Counted from the stretch's first letter, positions 27,033 through 36,801 are shown. The stretch is DNA of 64,000 nt from an uncultured Clostridia bacterium (GCA_947624745.1 CANQLR010000008.1:1480-65479); one strand, 5' to 3'. Notes: generated by a model from the sequence alone, not told the origin. A program made the numbers and translations.

Positions 27033-27124
27033 GGCGAAGCCCCTGCGCGGAGCAAAGCTCCGCGCGGCCGCGGACCGGAGGTCCGCGACCCACCGGCCAC
27101 TTCGTGGCCGGTGGGGGCTTCGCC
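27033..27124 (+). repeat. Nested hairpin module 2b
   Basis: Outer stem is GGCGAAGCCC (27033-27042) / GGGCTTCGCC (27115-27124). Inner hairpins are at 27045-27065, 27067-27089 (one mismatch) and 27090-27114. Confidence 0.72.
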
Positions 27125-27684
27125 CCCGCCGACAGCACCCCTCCCGCCCCGAGTTGTTGGCGGAACTTGGGTGCAGAATTTGCCTCGCTCATCGCTCGGC
27201 AAATGGGGAGTGTAGCTCCGGCTTTATGCAAAACCGATTGCCTTAGATTTAGTCGCGGGCTTTTCTTTGCCTCGCTCATCGCTCGGCAAATTGGGAGTGG
27301 GGCTCAGGCTTTGTGCGTGACCGGGTGCCTTAGATGAGGCTGCGGGTTTTTGTTTGCCTCGCTCATCGCTCGGCAAACGTGGAGACCCCCGGCGAGAACG
27401 CAACGGCAGAGCGACTGCTGAATCGTACCTTAGTGCCCGTTGCGCAGCGAACCCGCCGGAGCGGCGGCTTCGCCCGGGGCGGGCTGATTGCTCCTCCCTG
27501 TCCTGCGCTGGCTTGCGCATGGGGATTTCGCGCTCTGCGGAGCGCGACGAGGGGCGCTGCCCCTCGACCCTGCGGCCTTTTGAGGAAAGGCCGGCGAAAC
27601 CTTTTTAGTATTGGTAACACCTCGCAACCTTACTGGGGAAAAGCGGGGTAAAACCTTTTTGGTTTTGGGCATTCGGGGCTTTGA

Positions 27685-27987
27685 CTATTTCTCCCTCTCC
27701 TCGATATACTTAAGTATATCCCGCATATCGCGGAGGAGCTCGAACTTTTCCTCGCTCAAAACGCGCAGGCGGCGTTCATAAACGGGGAGGAGGGACGTAT
27801 CCCGAGTCTCGCGCATCTCCCGGTAAAGCCTGCTCCGATGCTCCTCGAGGCGCTTTGCCTCGGCGCTGTAGCTCTTCGCCAGCGCCCTATACTCCGCGAG
27901 AGGGTCGCGGCTGCTCATCACGATTTTCCTGCGGCGGCGAACGCTCGGGTCGCCGGCGGCATATGCCGTATTTACATTATTTTGCAT
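27685..27987 (-). CDS. Hypothetical small helical, charged protein
   Basis: 100 aa with a GAAGGAGAA RBS and a coiled-coil-like Arg/Glu-rich sequence. Confidence 0.5.
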   Translation of the reverse strand: MQNNVNTAYAAGDPSVRRRRKIVMSSRDPLAEYRALAKSYSAEAKRLEEHRSRLYREMRETRDTSLLPVYERRLRVLSEEKFELLRDMRDILKYIEEREK

Positions 27988-28187
27988 TTTTTCTCCTTCT
28001 TCTTCGGGCGGACGGGGCGGCCGCGCCTTTTGTAGCTCTCGTGAAGAACAAATGTTTCCTTCACAATTACTAATATACTCCTTTTTTTCGGTTTGTCAAG
28101 AGGTTTTTTCGGAGCTGTACGATTTTTTGGACTAATGCTCTTGATTTTGGCGGGAAGCTGTGCTATAATGGGTCTCGGAGGGATATC

Positions 28188-28373
28188 ATGGACAGCAAAA
28201 AAATTCAGCGGATTAACGAGCTTGCGAAAAAGGAGAAGGCGCAGGGCCTCACTAAAGCCGAAAAGGAAGAGCAGACCGCTCTTCGGAACGAATATCGGGC
28301 GGCATTTCGGGCGAGCCTTGAAAGCCAGCTCAAAAGAATAGAATTTGTAGACAAGGAGGGAAAACCGTCATGA
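28188..28373 (+). CDS. DUF896 (YnzC/UPF0291) family small protein
   Basis: 61 aa: IQRINELAKKEKAQGLTKAEKEEQTALRNEYRAAFRASLESQL matches the DUF896 pattern. Confidence 0.8.
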   Translation: MDSKKIQRINELAKKEKAQGLTKAEKEEQTALRNEYRAAFRASLESQLKRIEFVDKEGKPS

Positions 28374-29365
28374 GCGACGAGCCGAAGACAAGGCAGAAGC
28401 AGAAGCTTTTGTATCTTGCGAAGATCATGAACGAGATGACAGACGAGAGCCACAAGATCTCCGGGCAGGAGATCATCGACCAGCTTGCTCTCTACGGCAT
28501 TTCGGAGGAGAGAAAGACGGTCTATGACGATATCCAGTCGCTTTGCGAGGCGGGAATGGACATCGTGACCGAGAGGGAGGGGCGCGCCAACGTCTACTAT
28601 GTCGGCTCGCGGCTTTTCCAGGAGGAGGAGCTTTACGTTCTGGCGGACGCGGTCGCCTCGTCGAAATTCCTGACACAGAAAAAATCGCAGGAGCTCATAA
28701 AAAAGCTTCAGCAGCTTACGAGCAAGCACCATGCCCAGCACCTCAGGCGGACCACCTACGTCCGCGACAGGGTCAAGACCTTCAACGAAAAAATTTACTA
28801 CACCACCGACTGCATTCACCAGGCGATTAACACCAACTGCAAGATAAGCTTCCGCTACATCGAATACGACCTGACCAAGACACGCAGGCTTCGCCACGGG
28901 GGCGAGGTATACAAGGTCTCGCCCTACTATCTTATTTGGGAGAGCGACTGCTACTACCTCGTCTGCTTCTGCGAAAAGCACGACAAGATCTGCCGGTACA
29001 GGGTCGACAGAATGGCCGACGTCGAGGCCCTCAAGGAGAAGCGGCGGGAGCTCAGCGACGGCGAGGAAGCCCTTGCGAAAAGCCTCCGCGCGACCTACAA
29101 CATGTACGGCGGTAGGGAGGAATCGGTCGTTTTGGAGCTCTCGGACAGCCTCATTAACGTCATCATCGACCGCTTCGGCGAGGGCGTTCACCCGAACCCC
29201 GTCGGCGACGACAGGTTCACCGTGCGGGTCGACGTCGCCATAAGCCCGACCTTTTGGGGGTGGCTCTTCCAGTTCGGCGGCGAGGCGAGAGTGCTGGCCC
29301 CGCAGTGGGTGGTGGACGAGGCGAAAAAGGTCCTTAAAAACATTGAAAAGCAGTATGACGATTAA
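28370..29365 (+). CDS. HTH plus WYL-domain transcriptional regulator (YafY/PafBC-like)
   Basis: 331 aa. It has an N-terminal winged HTH (KLLYLAKIMNEMTDESHKISGQEIIDQL) and a central WYL-type block (YYLIWESDCYYLVCFCEKHDKICRYRVDRM). The ATGA start overlaps the DUF896 gene stop. Confidence 0.8.
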   Translation: MSDEPKTRQKQKLLYLAKIMNEMTDESHKISGQEIIDQLALYGISEERKTVYDDIQSLCEAGMDIVTEREGRANVYYVGSRLFQEEELYVLADAVASSKFLTQKKSQELIKKLQQLTSKHHAQHLRRTTYVRDRVKTFNEKIYYTTDCIHQAINTNCKISFRYIEYDLTKTRRLRHGGEVYKVSPYYLIWESDCYYLVCFCEKHDKICRYRVDRMADVEALKEKRRELSDGEEALAKSLRATYNMYGGREESVVLELSDSLINVIIDRFGEGVHPNPVGDDRFTVRVDVAISPTFWGWLFQFGGEARVLAPQWVVDEAKKVLKNIEKQYDD

Positions 29366-29392
29366 CTGTCTAAATAATTAAAGGAGGACGCA

Positions 29393-30346
29393 ATGTTCAG
29401 ATTTGCTGTTATGGGCGCGGGGGATATCTCCCGCAAATTCTGCGACGCGGCAAGAAGGATCGACGGCTGCGAGGTCGTCGCCATCGCTTCAAAATCGCTC
29501 GTGAGGGCGAAGGCTTTTTCGGAGCGGGAGGGTATCCCGAGCTATTACGGCAGCTACGGCGATATGCTTTTGAGCGAGCACCCCGACTGCGTTTATATCG
29601 GCGCTGACACCGGCTCTCACTTTAAGCTCGCCATGCTCTGCATCGAAAACAAAATTCCCGTTCTGTGCGAAAAGGCGATGTTCACCTGCGTGAGCGACAT
29701 GGAAAAATGCTTCGAGGCGGCCGAGAAAAACGGCGTTTTCGTCATGGAGGCGATGTGGAGCTACTTCCTGCCCGCAGTAAAAAAGGTCAAGGAGTGGGTC
29801 GACCAAAAGAGGATAGGGACAATACGCTTCACCGACATACTTTTGGGCTTTAAGGCGCCGACTCACGAGGGAAACAGGTACTTCAACAGGGAGCTCGGCG
29901 GCGGCGCGGCGTTCGACCTGTCGGTATACACCTATGACATCACGACACTTATGCTCGGCCATGATTATAAGGAGCTTTACGTCAGCTCGCTCTGGCACGA
30001 AAGCGGGGTCGACACGCTGAATCACGCGACTCTGACCTATGAAAACACCATTTCGTCGCTGACCGCAAGCATAGTGAACCCCCTCGAGGAGCGGCTCATC
30101 ATGTACGGCGAGGAGGGCAAAATTATCCTCCCGCACAGCCACTACGCGAACGAGGCGTTTTTGTATAACGATAAGGGGGAGCTCGTCGAGAAGTTCACCG
30201 ACACCGTCACCGAGAACGGGTTCGTGTATGAGGTCAAGGAAGCTATGGACTGCGTGAAAGCGGGGAAGATGCAAAGCGATATAGTGCCGTGGTGGGTGAC
30301 GAGAAGCTCAACGGAGTTTTATGAGAGGGTGTATGGGGATAAATAA
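29393..30346 (+). CDS. Gfo/Idh/MocA-family NAD(P)-dependent oxidoreductase
   Basis: 317 aa with FAVMGAGDISRKF (Rossmann motif) and VLCEKAM (EKP-like motif). Confidence 0.82.
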   Translation: MFRFAVMGAGDISRKFCDAARRIDGCEVVAIASKSLVRAKAFSEREGIPSYYGSYGDMLLSEHPDCVYIGADTGSHFKLAMLCIENKIPVLCEKAMFTCVSDMEKCFEAAEKNGVFVMEAMWSYFLPAVKKVKEWVDQKRIGTIRFTDILLGFKAPTHEGNRYFNRELGGGAAFDLSVYTYDITTLMLGHDYKELYVSSLWHESGVDTLNHATLTYENTISSLTASIVNPLEERLIMYGEEGKIILPHSHYANEAFLYNDKGELVEKFTDTVTENGFVYEVKEAMDCVKAGKMQSDIVPWWVTRSSTEFYERVYGDK

Positions 30347-30422
30347 TTGGGCCCCTTCCCGGGAGGGAGGGGGCTTTTTATGCGCATATGAGGGCTGCTA
30401 TAATCTATAGCCTAATTTACTT

Positions 30423-31327
30423 GAGAGTGTCCACTCCACCCACATTAAAGGAAATCAACCAAGCCAAAAGGGATTTCGCCTTTGGAATATCGCTCACGAT
30501 ATATCAATTTTGCAATTCCGAATTTATTGTAAGAGTCGACAGAAACTTCGACGACAGCTTTTAAGGTTTCAATGCTCCTTGCAAAACATCTACTCCTCCG
30601 CCTCAGCAGCGGTATATAGTCGCGTAGGTCTGCATTAACTCTCTCAACCGTAAATGTATCCCTCTTGTCATGACAACTATAAATATGTTTCCCGGGATAG
30701 ATAACTCTCAGATATCCAAAATACCCGTCGGTGCAGTAGTAATCGGCATACGGAGCGCTGTCGAATGTCTCCTGAATCCTGTTCGCAGATTTGTCTTCCT
30801 CAACTTGATGACCCGCTGTAATGCGCGGCTTGCGGGAAACCATCGACATCAAATAAACATTCTCCTTTGTTTCTGTTTTCGGCATTTTGCCTATGAACCA
30901 GTATAATTCGTCGAGTTCATAAACCTTAGGTTTGATATTAAATTTCTTGAAAACCCCAGAAAGTTTAGAACGATTTTCAACGCTTTGTTGATTACTTGCT
31001 TCGTTTTTTATTCAATTATAGACATTGGATTTGCTGAAGTTATTCAAAAGTCCTACCTTTCTTCCGCTCACTCCGGAATAGTATGTCTTGATCGCTTGCT
31101 CCCTAACTTCCTCGCTGTATTGCCACGGACGCGGTTCGGGAGTGTAGTCTATATTGCAGTCATTGCATCGGTACTTCTGTGACCCTGACTTGTTTTTGCC
31201 GTGTTTTACTTGATGTTCGTGTTTTCCACATTTTGGGCAATATATGTTTTCGTCAATTTTTGCTGCTCGTGACATTTTTATCACCTCGGGGATATTATAG
31301 CATATTGTGGGTGGGTTGGACACTCCC
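30423..31327 (-). mobile_element. IS1-family insertion sequence (~0.9 kb)
   Basis: The terminal inverted repeats are GAGAGTGTCCACTCCACCCACA (30423-30444) and its near reverse complement TGTGGGTGGGTTGGACACTCCC (31306-31327). They enclose the InsA-like and InsB-like coding regions. Confidence 0.8.
30445..31275 (-). pseudogene. IS1-family transposase interrupted by one in-frame TGA (InsA-like zinc-finger/HTH part plus InsB-like DDE part in the same frame)
   Basis: The N-terminal part has CPKCG...YRCNDC and an HTH. The in-frame stop is at 31012-31014 (..SNVYN*IKNEAS..). Downstream are DELYWFIGK, YCTDGYFGY and TFTVERVNADLRDYIPLLRRRSRCFARS (DDE blocks). Confidence 0.78.
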
Positions 31328-31336
31328 TCTATCCCT

Positions 31337-31359
31337 GGGAGTGTCCATTCCGACCACAT
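31337..31359. repeat. Extra solo copy of the IS terminal repeat abutting the IS right end
   Basis: GGGAGTGTCCATTCCGACCACAT resembles the left IR (GAGAGTGTCCACTCCACCCACAT). It forms a near-palindrome with the right IR across a 9-bp spacer. Confidence 0.6.
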
Positions 31360-31551
31360 TATAAAAAATATTGTCTGATGATTTGCCGCTACTAACCGTT
31401 TTCCATCTCCCGCTTTTTACATAAACGTAAGTGATTTGGACGCTCCTAATTTTATTCCCCCCACCCCTTGACAACTCCCCCTCCCCATGCTATAATAAGA
31501 AACATCAGTTGCGGAACGGTTGTTGCTATACCATATACAGGAGGAAAAATC

Positions 31552-32127
31552 ATGCCCCCCAAATGCAAATTCACCCGCGAAGAAATAATCCAGGCCGCGC
31601 TAACAATCGCCCGCAGTGAGGGCGCTTCTGCCGTCACCGCGAGGGCCTTGGGCGCGAAGCTCGGCTCGTCTTCCAAGCCGATTTTCAGCGTGTTCGAGAA
31701 CATGGAAGAAGTGCAGGCAGAGGTGCTGAAAGCCGCGAAAGCGCTCTATGCCGGCTACATTCACACCGGCCTGCAGCAAACCCCCGCGTTCAAGGGCGTG
31801 GGCACGCAGTACGTCCTGTTCGCGATTCGCGAGCCGAAGCTGTTCCGGCTGCTCTTTATGACCGAGCAGCCGCAGAAGCCGCCGGTCTCGGGGATCCTCC
31901 CGATCATCGACGAGAGCTACGACAAAATCTTGCAGTTGGTGATGGACGGATACTGCCTTAACGAGGCGGACGCGAAGGCGCTCTACCGCCATTTGTGGAT
32001 ATATTCCCACGGAATCGCGGTGCTCTGCGCGACGAATATGTGCTCGTTCACCGCCGAGGAGATCGGCGGCATGATGACCGAGGTCTGCCGGAGCCTGCTG
32101 AAAGAGATCAAAAGCAAAAAAACATAA
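31552..32127 (+). CDS. TetR/AcrR-family transcriptional regulator
   Basis: 191 aa from ATG 31552 with FTREEIIQAALTIARSEGASAVTARALGAKLGSSSKPIFSVF. A TTGACA...TATAAT promoter lies upstream. Confidence 0.85.
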   Translation: MPPKCKFTREEIIQAALTIARSEGASAVTARALGAKLGSSSKPIFSVFENMEEVQAEVLKAAKALYAGYIHTGLQQTPAFKGVGTQYVLFAIREPKLFRLLFMTEQPQKPPVSGILPIIDESYDKILQLVMDGYCLNEADAKALYRHLWIYSHGIAVLCATNMCSFTAEEIGGMMTEVCRSLLKEIKSKKT

Positions 32128-32194
32128 ATTTTCTCAAAAAAGGTCTTGCTTGTGACGCTGCGTAATGAGCTATAATAGTGTCGGAGGTGATCGC

Positions 32195-33028
32195 ATGGAA
32201 AAATTTCGGGCGATCCCGGCGGGGTATATGACGGTCGGCGAGCTCGCGAAGAAAATGGGCGTAACCGTCCGCACGCTTCAATATTACGACCGGGAAAACC
32301 TTTTGAAACCGTCCGCTTCGAGCGAGGGCGGCCGCCGGCTTTATACGGATAAGGACATGATCGAGCTGCACCAAATCCTGTCCCTGAAGTCCTTGGGATT
32401 TTCTTTGGAGGATATCCGGGGGCGGCTGATCTCTCTTGATACTCCCGACGAAGTGGCAAACGCGCTGGCGGCACAGGCGGCGGATATTGAGCGGCAAATT
32501 CGGGTTCTTTCCGAGACTTTGGCGGACATCAGGGCGCTTCGGGAGGAGGTCTTGCAGATGCAGACGGTGGATTTCAAGAGATACGCTGCCATCATCACCA
32601 ATCTTCGGATGAAAAACGGGCAGTATCATTTAATTAAGTATCTTGACGATAAGATACTTGAGCATTGCAGATCTGCTTTTGATAAGGACAGCGCCGCCGA
32701 GATCATCAAAACATACAGCCGCCTTAGCCGTCAGGCCGCGGAATATCGGGCCTCGGGCGTGAAACCGGACAGCGAAAAGGGCATGAAATTCGCCGAGGAA
32801 TTTTGGGACATGATCGAGAAATTCACCGGCGGGGACGCGTCTATGCTCCCGAAGCTTATAGAGGTCGAGTCGCTTGCCGAGGCCGAGCAGGCCAAAGGCG
32901 GGGGCGCTCCCGACAGCCAAAACCAAGTGGCCGCGAACCTGTTTATAGGTTCGGCGCTGGAGGCATATTTCAAAAGCCGGGGGATCGACCCCTTCGGCAT
33001 GAACCCCGACAAAGGAGAGAAAAAATGA
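32195..33028 (+). CDS. MerR-family transcriptional regulator
   Basis: 277 aa from ATG 32195 with a GGAGGTGA RBS and MTVGELAKKMGVTVRTLQYYDRENLLKP. Confidence 0.85.
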   Translation: MEKFRAIPAGYMTVGELAKKMGVTVRTLQYYDRENLLKPSASSEGGRRLYTDKDMIELHQILSLKSLGFSLEDIRGRLISLDTPDEVANALAAQAADIERQIRVLSETLADIRALREEVLQMQTVDFKRYAAIITNLRMKNGQYHLIKYLDDKILEHCRSAFDKDSAAEIIKTYSRLSRQAAEYRASGVKPDSEKGMKFAEEFWDMIEKFTGGDASMLPKLIEVESLAEAEQAKGGGAPDSQNQVAANLFIGSALEAYFKSRGIDPFGMNPDKGEKK

Positions 33029-33939
33029 ACAAAATCATTCAGATCGACCGGCTCAGCAAAAGCTTCGGCGACGTAAAAGCGGTGCAGGATTTAAGCTTCG
33101 GCGTTCGCGAGGGCGAGCTTTTCGCATTCTTAGGGATAAACGGCGCGGGGAAGTCCACCACCATCAACATCATGTGCGGGCAGCTTTCAAAGGACAGCGG
33201 CAGCGTTATTATCGACGGCCATGACCTCGACAAAGATTTAGATTCTATCAAGCGCAAGCTCGGCGTCGTCTTTCAAAGCTCCGTCCTCGATTCGGCGCTT
33301 TCGGTCTATGACAACCTACAAAGCCGCGCCGCGCTGTACGGGATCGTCGGAAAAGCGTTCAAGGACAGGCTATCGGTGCTCGCCGAAATGCTTGATTTCG
33401 GGGACATTCTGAAGCGAACGGTGGGGAAGCTCTCGGGAGGTCAGCGCAGGAGGATAGACATCGCCCGGGCGCTGTTTCACGACCCGAAAATTCTGATTTT
33501 AGACGAACCCACGACCGGGCTTGACCCGCAGACCCGAAAAACGCTTTGGAATGTCATCTCCGACCTGCGCCGGAATGAGAACATGACGGTGTTTCTGACC
33601 ACGCATTACATGGAAGAGGCCTCCGAGGCCGATCACGTCGTCATTTTGGACAGCGGAAAGATCGCCGCCGAGGGTACGCCTAATGATCTGAAAAACGCCT
33701 ATACAGGCGACTATATCACTCTCTACGGAGCAGCAGAAGCCGATGTAAAGCGCCTCGGGACGGAATATGAGCAGCTGAAAAACGCCTACCGCCTGTTTGT
33801 CCCGAACACAAGGGCGGCGACGGAGCTTATCATGAAAAATCCCGACGTGTTCGACGATTACGAGATCACAAAGGGCAGAATGGACGACGTTTTTCTCGCC
33901 GTCACCGGGAAAAAACTTACGGGAGGTGCCGAAAAATGA
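33025..33939 (+). CDS. ABC transporter ATP-binding protein (ABC-2 type exporter)
   Basis: Walker A is GINGAGKST, the signature is LSGGQRRR, and Walker B is ILILDEPTTGLD. The start overlaps the MerR gene stop. Confidence 0.9.
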   Translation: MNKIIQIDRLSKSFGDVKAVQDLSFGVREGELFAFLGINGAGKSTTINIMCGQLSKDSGSVIIDGHDLDKDLDSIKRKLGVVFQSSVLDSALSVYDNLQSRAALYGIVGKAFKDRLSVLAEMLDFGDILKRTVGKLSGGQRRRIDIARALFHDPKILILDEPTTGLDPQTRKTLWNVISDLRRNENMTVFLTTHYMEEASEADHVVILDSGKIAAEGTPNDLKNAYTGDYITLYGAAEADVKRLGTEYEQLKNAYRLFVPNTRAATELIMKNPDVFDDYEITKGRMDDVFLAVTGKKLTGGAEK

Positions 33940-34838
33940 GCACTGTATTCGCGCTTATAAAACGAAATGTAAAGCTGTTTTTCAAGGACAAGGGAATGTT
34001 CCTGACCTCGCTGATAACGCCGGCGATACTTTTGGTTCTTTATGTGACCTTTCTTAAGAAGGTCTTTCACGACAGCTTCACCTCGAACCTGCCGGAGTTT
34101 ATCCGCCTCCCCGAAAGCCTTGTCGACGGGCTCGTGGGCGGGCAGCTTATCTCCTCTATTCTTGCGGTGTCCTGCGTGACGGTCGCGTTCTGCTCAAACT
34201 TTCTGAGCGTTCAGGACAAGGCAAACGGCACGGTCAAGGACCTGAAAATTTCCCCGGTCAGCTCCTCCGCGCTCTCGATAAGCTACTATATCGCCTCGCT
34301 GGCCTCGACGCTCATGATCTGCTTCGCGGCGACGGGTATCTGCCTTGCCTACGCGGCGGTTGTCGGGTGGTATATGTCGGCGGCGGACGTCATGCTGCTT
34401 GTTTTGGACGTCATACTTCTCGCCCTTTTCGGGACGGCGCTGTCCTCGATAATCAACCTGTTTTTATCAACCCAAGGCCAAATTTCCGCAGTCGGTACTA
34501 TCATCAGCGCAGGGTACGGGTTCATCTGCGGGGCGTATATGCCGATATCCTCCTTCGGCTCGGGGCTGCAAAAGGTCCTCTCCTTCCTCCCCGGGACATA
34601 CGGCACGGCGCTCGTCCGCAACCACGCGATGCGGGGCGCTCTTTCCGAGATGAACGCTCAGGGCGTTCCCATGGAAGTGATAAACGAGATTAAGGATTCC
34701 ATGGACTGCAGCCTGTACTTTTTCGGCAATCGGGTCGGGATCCCGGCGATGTATCTGATCGTATGCGCGACCGTCGCAGTCCTGCTCGGCGTTTATATAT
34801 TGCTTAATATGCTTATGAATAGGAGAAAAGCGGCATGA
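33936..34838 (+). CDS. ABC-2 family transporter permease
   Basis: 300 aa with six predicted hydrophobic segments. ATGA overlap with the upstream ATPase gene. Confidence 0.8.
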   Translation: MSTVFALIKRNVKLFFKDKGMFLTSLITPAILLVLYVTFLKKVFHDSFTSNLPEFIRLPESLVDGLVGGQLISSILAVSCVTVAFCSNFLSVQDKANGTVKDLKISPVSSSALSISYYIASLASTLMICFAATGICLAYAAVVGWYMSAADVMLLVLDVILLALFGTALSSIINLFLSTQGQISAVGTIISAGYGFICGAYMPISSFGSGLQKVLSFLPGTYGTALVRNHAMRGALSEMNAQGVPMEVINEIKDSMDCSLYFFGNRVGIPAMYLIVCATVAVLLGVYILLNMLMNRRKAA

Positions 34839-35527
34839 TCACAGTATCGGATGTTACAAAATCATACGGAGCGGGTGGGAGCAGAAATCAGGTTTTGAAA
34901 GGCATAAGCCTGAATATTTCCGACGGCGATTTTACCGTTATTTTGGGCGCTTCGGGGTCGGGAAAATCCACCTTTCTGAACGTCATTTCGGGACTCGAAC
35001 GCCCCGACGGCGGGAGCGTTGTTTACGACGAATGCGACATCACAAAGCTGTCCGACAGCGAGCTGACTAAGTTTCGCAAGGACAACATCGGATTTATTTT
35101 CCAGCAGTACTATCTTCTTCCGAACATGACCGTCGAAAAGAACGTGCGAATGGGCGCGGATCTTGCGGAAAATCGCGATTATCGCGAAATTATCGCCGCC
35201 GTCGGGCTCGGGGAAAAGTTAAAGAAATACCCGGGCGAGCTTTCGGGCGGAGAGCAGCAGCGGGTCGCGGTCGCGCGCGCCCTTGCGAAAAAGCCGAAGG
35301 TGCTGTTTTTAGGCGAGCCGACCGGCGCTTTGGACGAAAAGACCGGCAGGCAGGTGCTCGACTATATATGTAAGCTGCATAACGAACTCGGCTTCACCGT
35401 CGTGATGATCACGCACAACCAGAACATCGCGGAGATGGCGAACACGGTCATCAGAATGAACAGCGGGAAAATTTCGGAAATTTATGCCAATAACAGGCAA
35501 AAAAACGCGTATGAGATCGGGTGGTGA
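34835..35527 (+). CDS. ABC transporter ATP-binding protein (MacB/LolD/FtsE-like)
   Basis: Motifs [24 protein letters not shown] and [12 protein letters not shown]. Confidence 0.9.
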   Translation: MITVSDVTKSYGAGGSRNQVLKGISLNISDGDFTVILGASGSGKSTFLNVISGLERPDGGSVVYDECDITKLSDSELTKFRKDNIGFIFQQYYLLPNMTVEKNVRMGADLAENRDYREIIAAVGLGEKLKKYPGELSGGEQQRVAVARALAKKPKVLFLGEPTGALDEKTGRQVLDYICKLHNELGFTVVMITHNQNIAEMANTVIRMNSGKISEIYANNRQKNAYEIGW

Positions 35528-35530
35528 ACT

Positions 35531-36670
35531 ATGATCATCGGGATAAAAGACGCAACTAAGTTAATCGGCATAACTATTATCGCCTGCTGTGTGGTGTTTG
35601 TCTGCGCGATTTTTTTGAACTTTAACATCGACATCGCGGCGATGAAAGACGAGATAACGACGGCAAGCGGCGCGGCGATGTATGACGCGATCGTCTCTAC
35701 GGGAAAGGTCGTCGCAGCTGTTTCGGGCGGGTGTTTGGCCGCGACCTCGGCAGCAATGCTGCTATTTTATGTAAAAAATTATATAGATACCCATGGCAAA
35801 GAGCTCGGTATCCTGAAAGCCATCGGGTATTCAAATATTAACATAGCTAAACATTTTTGGACGTTCGGTCTGAGCGTTTTCTTAGGCTGCGCCTTTGGGT
35901 ATGCGCTGGCATTTTTATATCTCCCGACGTTCTATGAACTGCAAAACGCCGACCGCCTTTTTCCCGAAATCAGGGCGCGGTTTCACCCGATTTTGGCGTT
36001 TCTTCTGGTCTGCCTGCCCGCGATTATTTTCGCGATTCTGGCGGTTTTGTATGCATATTTAAGGCTGAAAAGCCCGGCGCTCGACCTGCTGAAAGAGCGG
36101 CGCGAATATAAAACAAAATCCTCCGGACGGGAAAGCCCGGACATACCGTTTCTCCAAAATTTGTCAAGAAGCACGGTGCGCGGCAGAAAATCGCTCGTGT
36201 TTTTCATCGCGTTTTCGGCGTTTTGCTTCTCGGCGATGCTCCAGATGTCGACGTCGATGACCCACCTTTCGAGCAAGGAAATGGCGGCGATGATGCTGGC
36301 GATCGGCTTGATTCTGGCGTTTGTGACCCTGCTCCTGTCGCTCTCGAGCGTGGTGAAAGGAAACGCCAAAACCATCGCAATGATGCGGGTTTTCGGCTAC
36401 GATCACGGCGCCTGCGCCAAGGCGACCCTCGGCGGCTACAGGCCGTTTGCCTACCTCGGCTTCGCCCTCGGCACGGGGTATCAGTACGTGCTGCTGAAAA
36501 CCATGACGGCGGTAGTCTTTGCGGACGTAGCAGGCTTGCCCGAATACGGGTTTGATTGGAAAGCGTGCGCCGCCACTCTGGGGCTGTTCGCTGTCGCCTA
36601 TGAGGCCGCCATACGGGGCTACGCGAGGGGGATAAGGAGGGTGGCGGTTAAAGGGGTCATGGGGGAGTGA
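35531..36670 (+). CDS. FtsX-like ABC transporter permease
   Basis: 379-aa multi-TM protein with ILKAIGYSN and MMRVFGYD (FtsX-type repeats). Confidence 0.8.
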   Translation: MIIGIKDATKLIGITIIACCVVFVCAIFLNFNIDIAAMKDEITTASGAAMYDAIVSTGKVVAAVSGGCLAATSAAMLLFYVKNYIDTHGKELGILKAIGYSNINIAKHFWTFGLSVFLGCAFGYALAFLYLPTFYELQNADRLFPEIRARFHPILAFLLVCLPAIIFAILAVLYAYLRLKSPALDLLKERREYKTKSSGRESPDIPFLQNLSRSTVRGRKSLVFFIAFSAFCFSAMLQMSTSMTHLSSKEMAAMMLAIGLILAFVTLLLSLSSVVKGNAKTIAMMRVFGYDHGACAKATLGGYRPFAYLGFALGTGYQYVLLKTMTAVVFADVAGLPEYGFDWKACAATLGLFAVAYEAAIRGYARGIRRVAVKGVMGE

Positions 36671-36801
36671 GGGGGAGGGAGACGATTTCAAGACTTGGAT
36701 ATTTCTTATGACTTTGTGGGAAGCCTGCCTAAAAGCCTGTTTGAGGATATGAAAACCGAACCGACGCAGTGATACATCTCCCCCATTCTCCTTTCCACAA
36801 C

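Larger units (their letters stand above)
26640..27665. repeat. Intergenic mosaic of GC-rich hairpin repeats (array 2), with ~311-bp and 87-bp higher-order tandem units
   Basis: CGCGCGCCCT...GCAAGGTGCAGACTTTGCGCGGCGAAGCCCC recurs at 26681 and 26992. TTTGCCTCGCTCATCGCTCGGCAAA recurs at 26868, 27179, 27266 and 27353. GCAACGGCC..GACTGCTGAATCGT.CCTTAGTG.CCGTTGC occurs twice. Confidence 0.88.

Noticed and set aside
25232-27672. Very long ORFs 25232-26827 (531 aa, antisense to cotH) and the upstream two-thirds of 26266-27279, plus many others across hairpin array 2.
   Set aside because: Same reasoning as for array 1: they are antisense to a well-supported gene or lie inside the repeat array, with Pro/Arg-rich nonsense composition. 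Only the last 102 codons of 26266-27279 look like a real gene.
30886-31014. Canonical IS1 programmed -1 frameshift at an A-run (ATAAAAAAC lies just after the InsA stop).
   Set aside because: The InsA-like and InsB-like parts are in the same frame (31014 minus 30885 is a multiple of 3), so no frameshift is needed. The A-run lies after the stop codon. The case is reported instead as an in-frame TGA.
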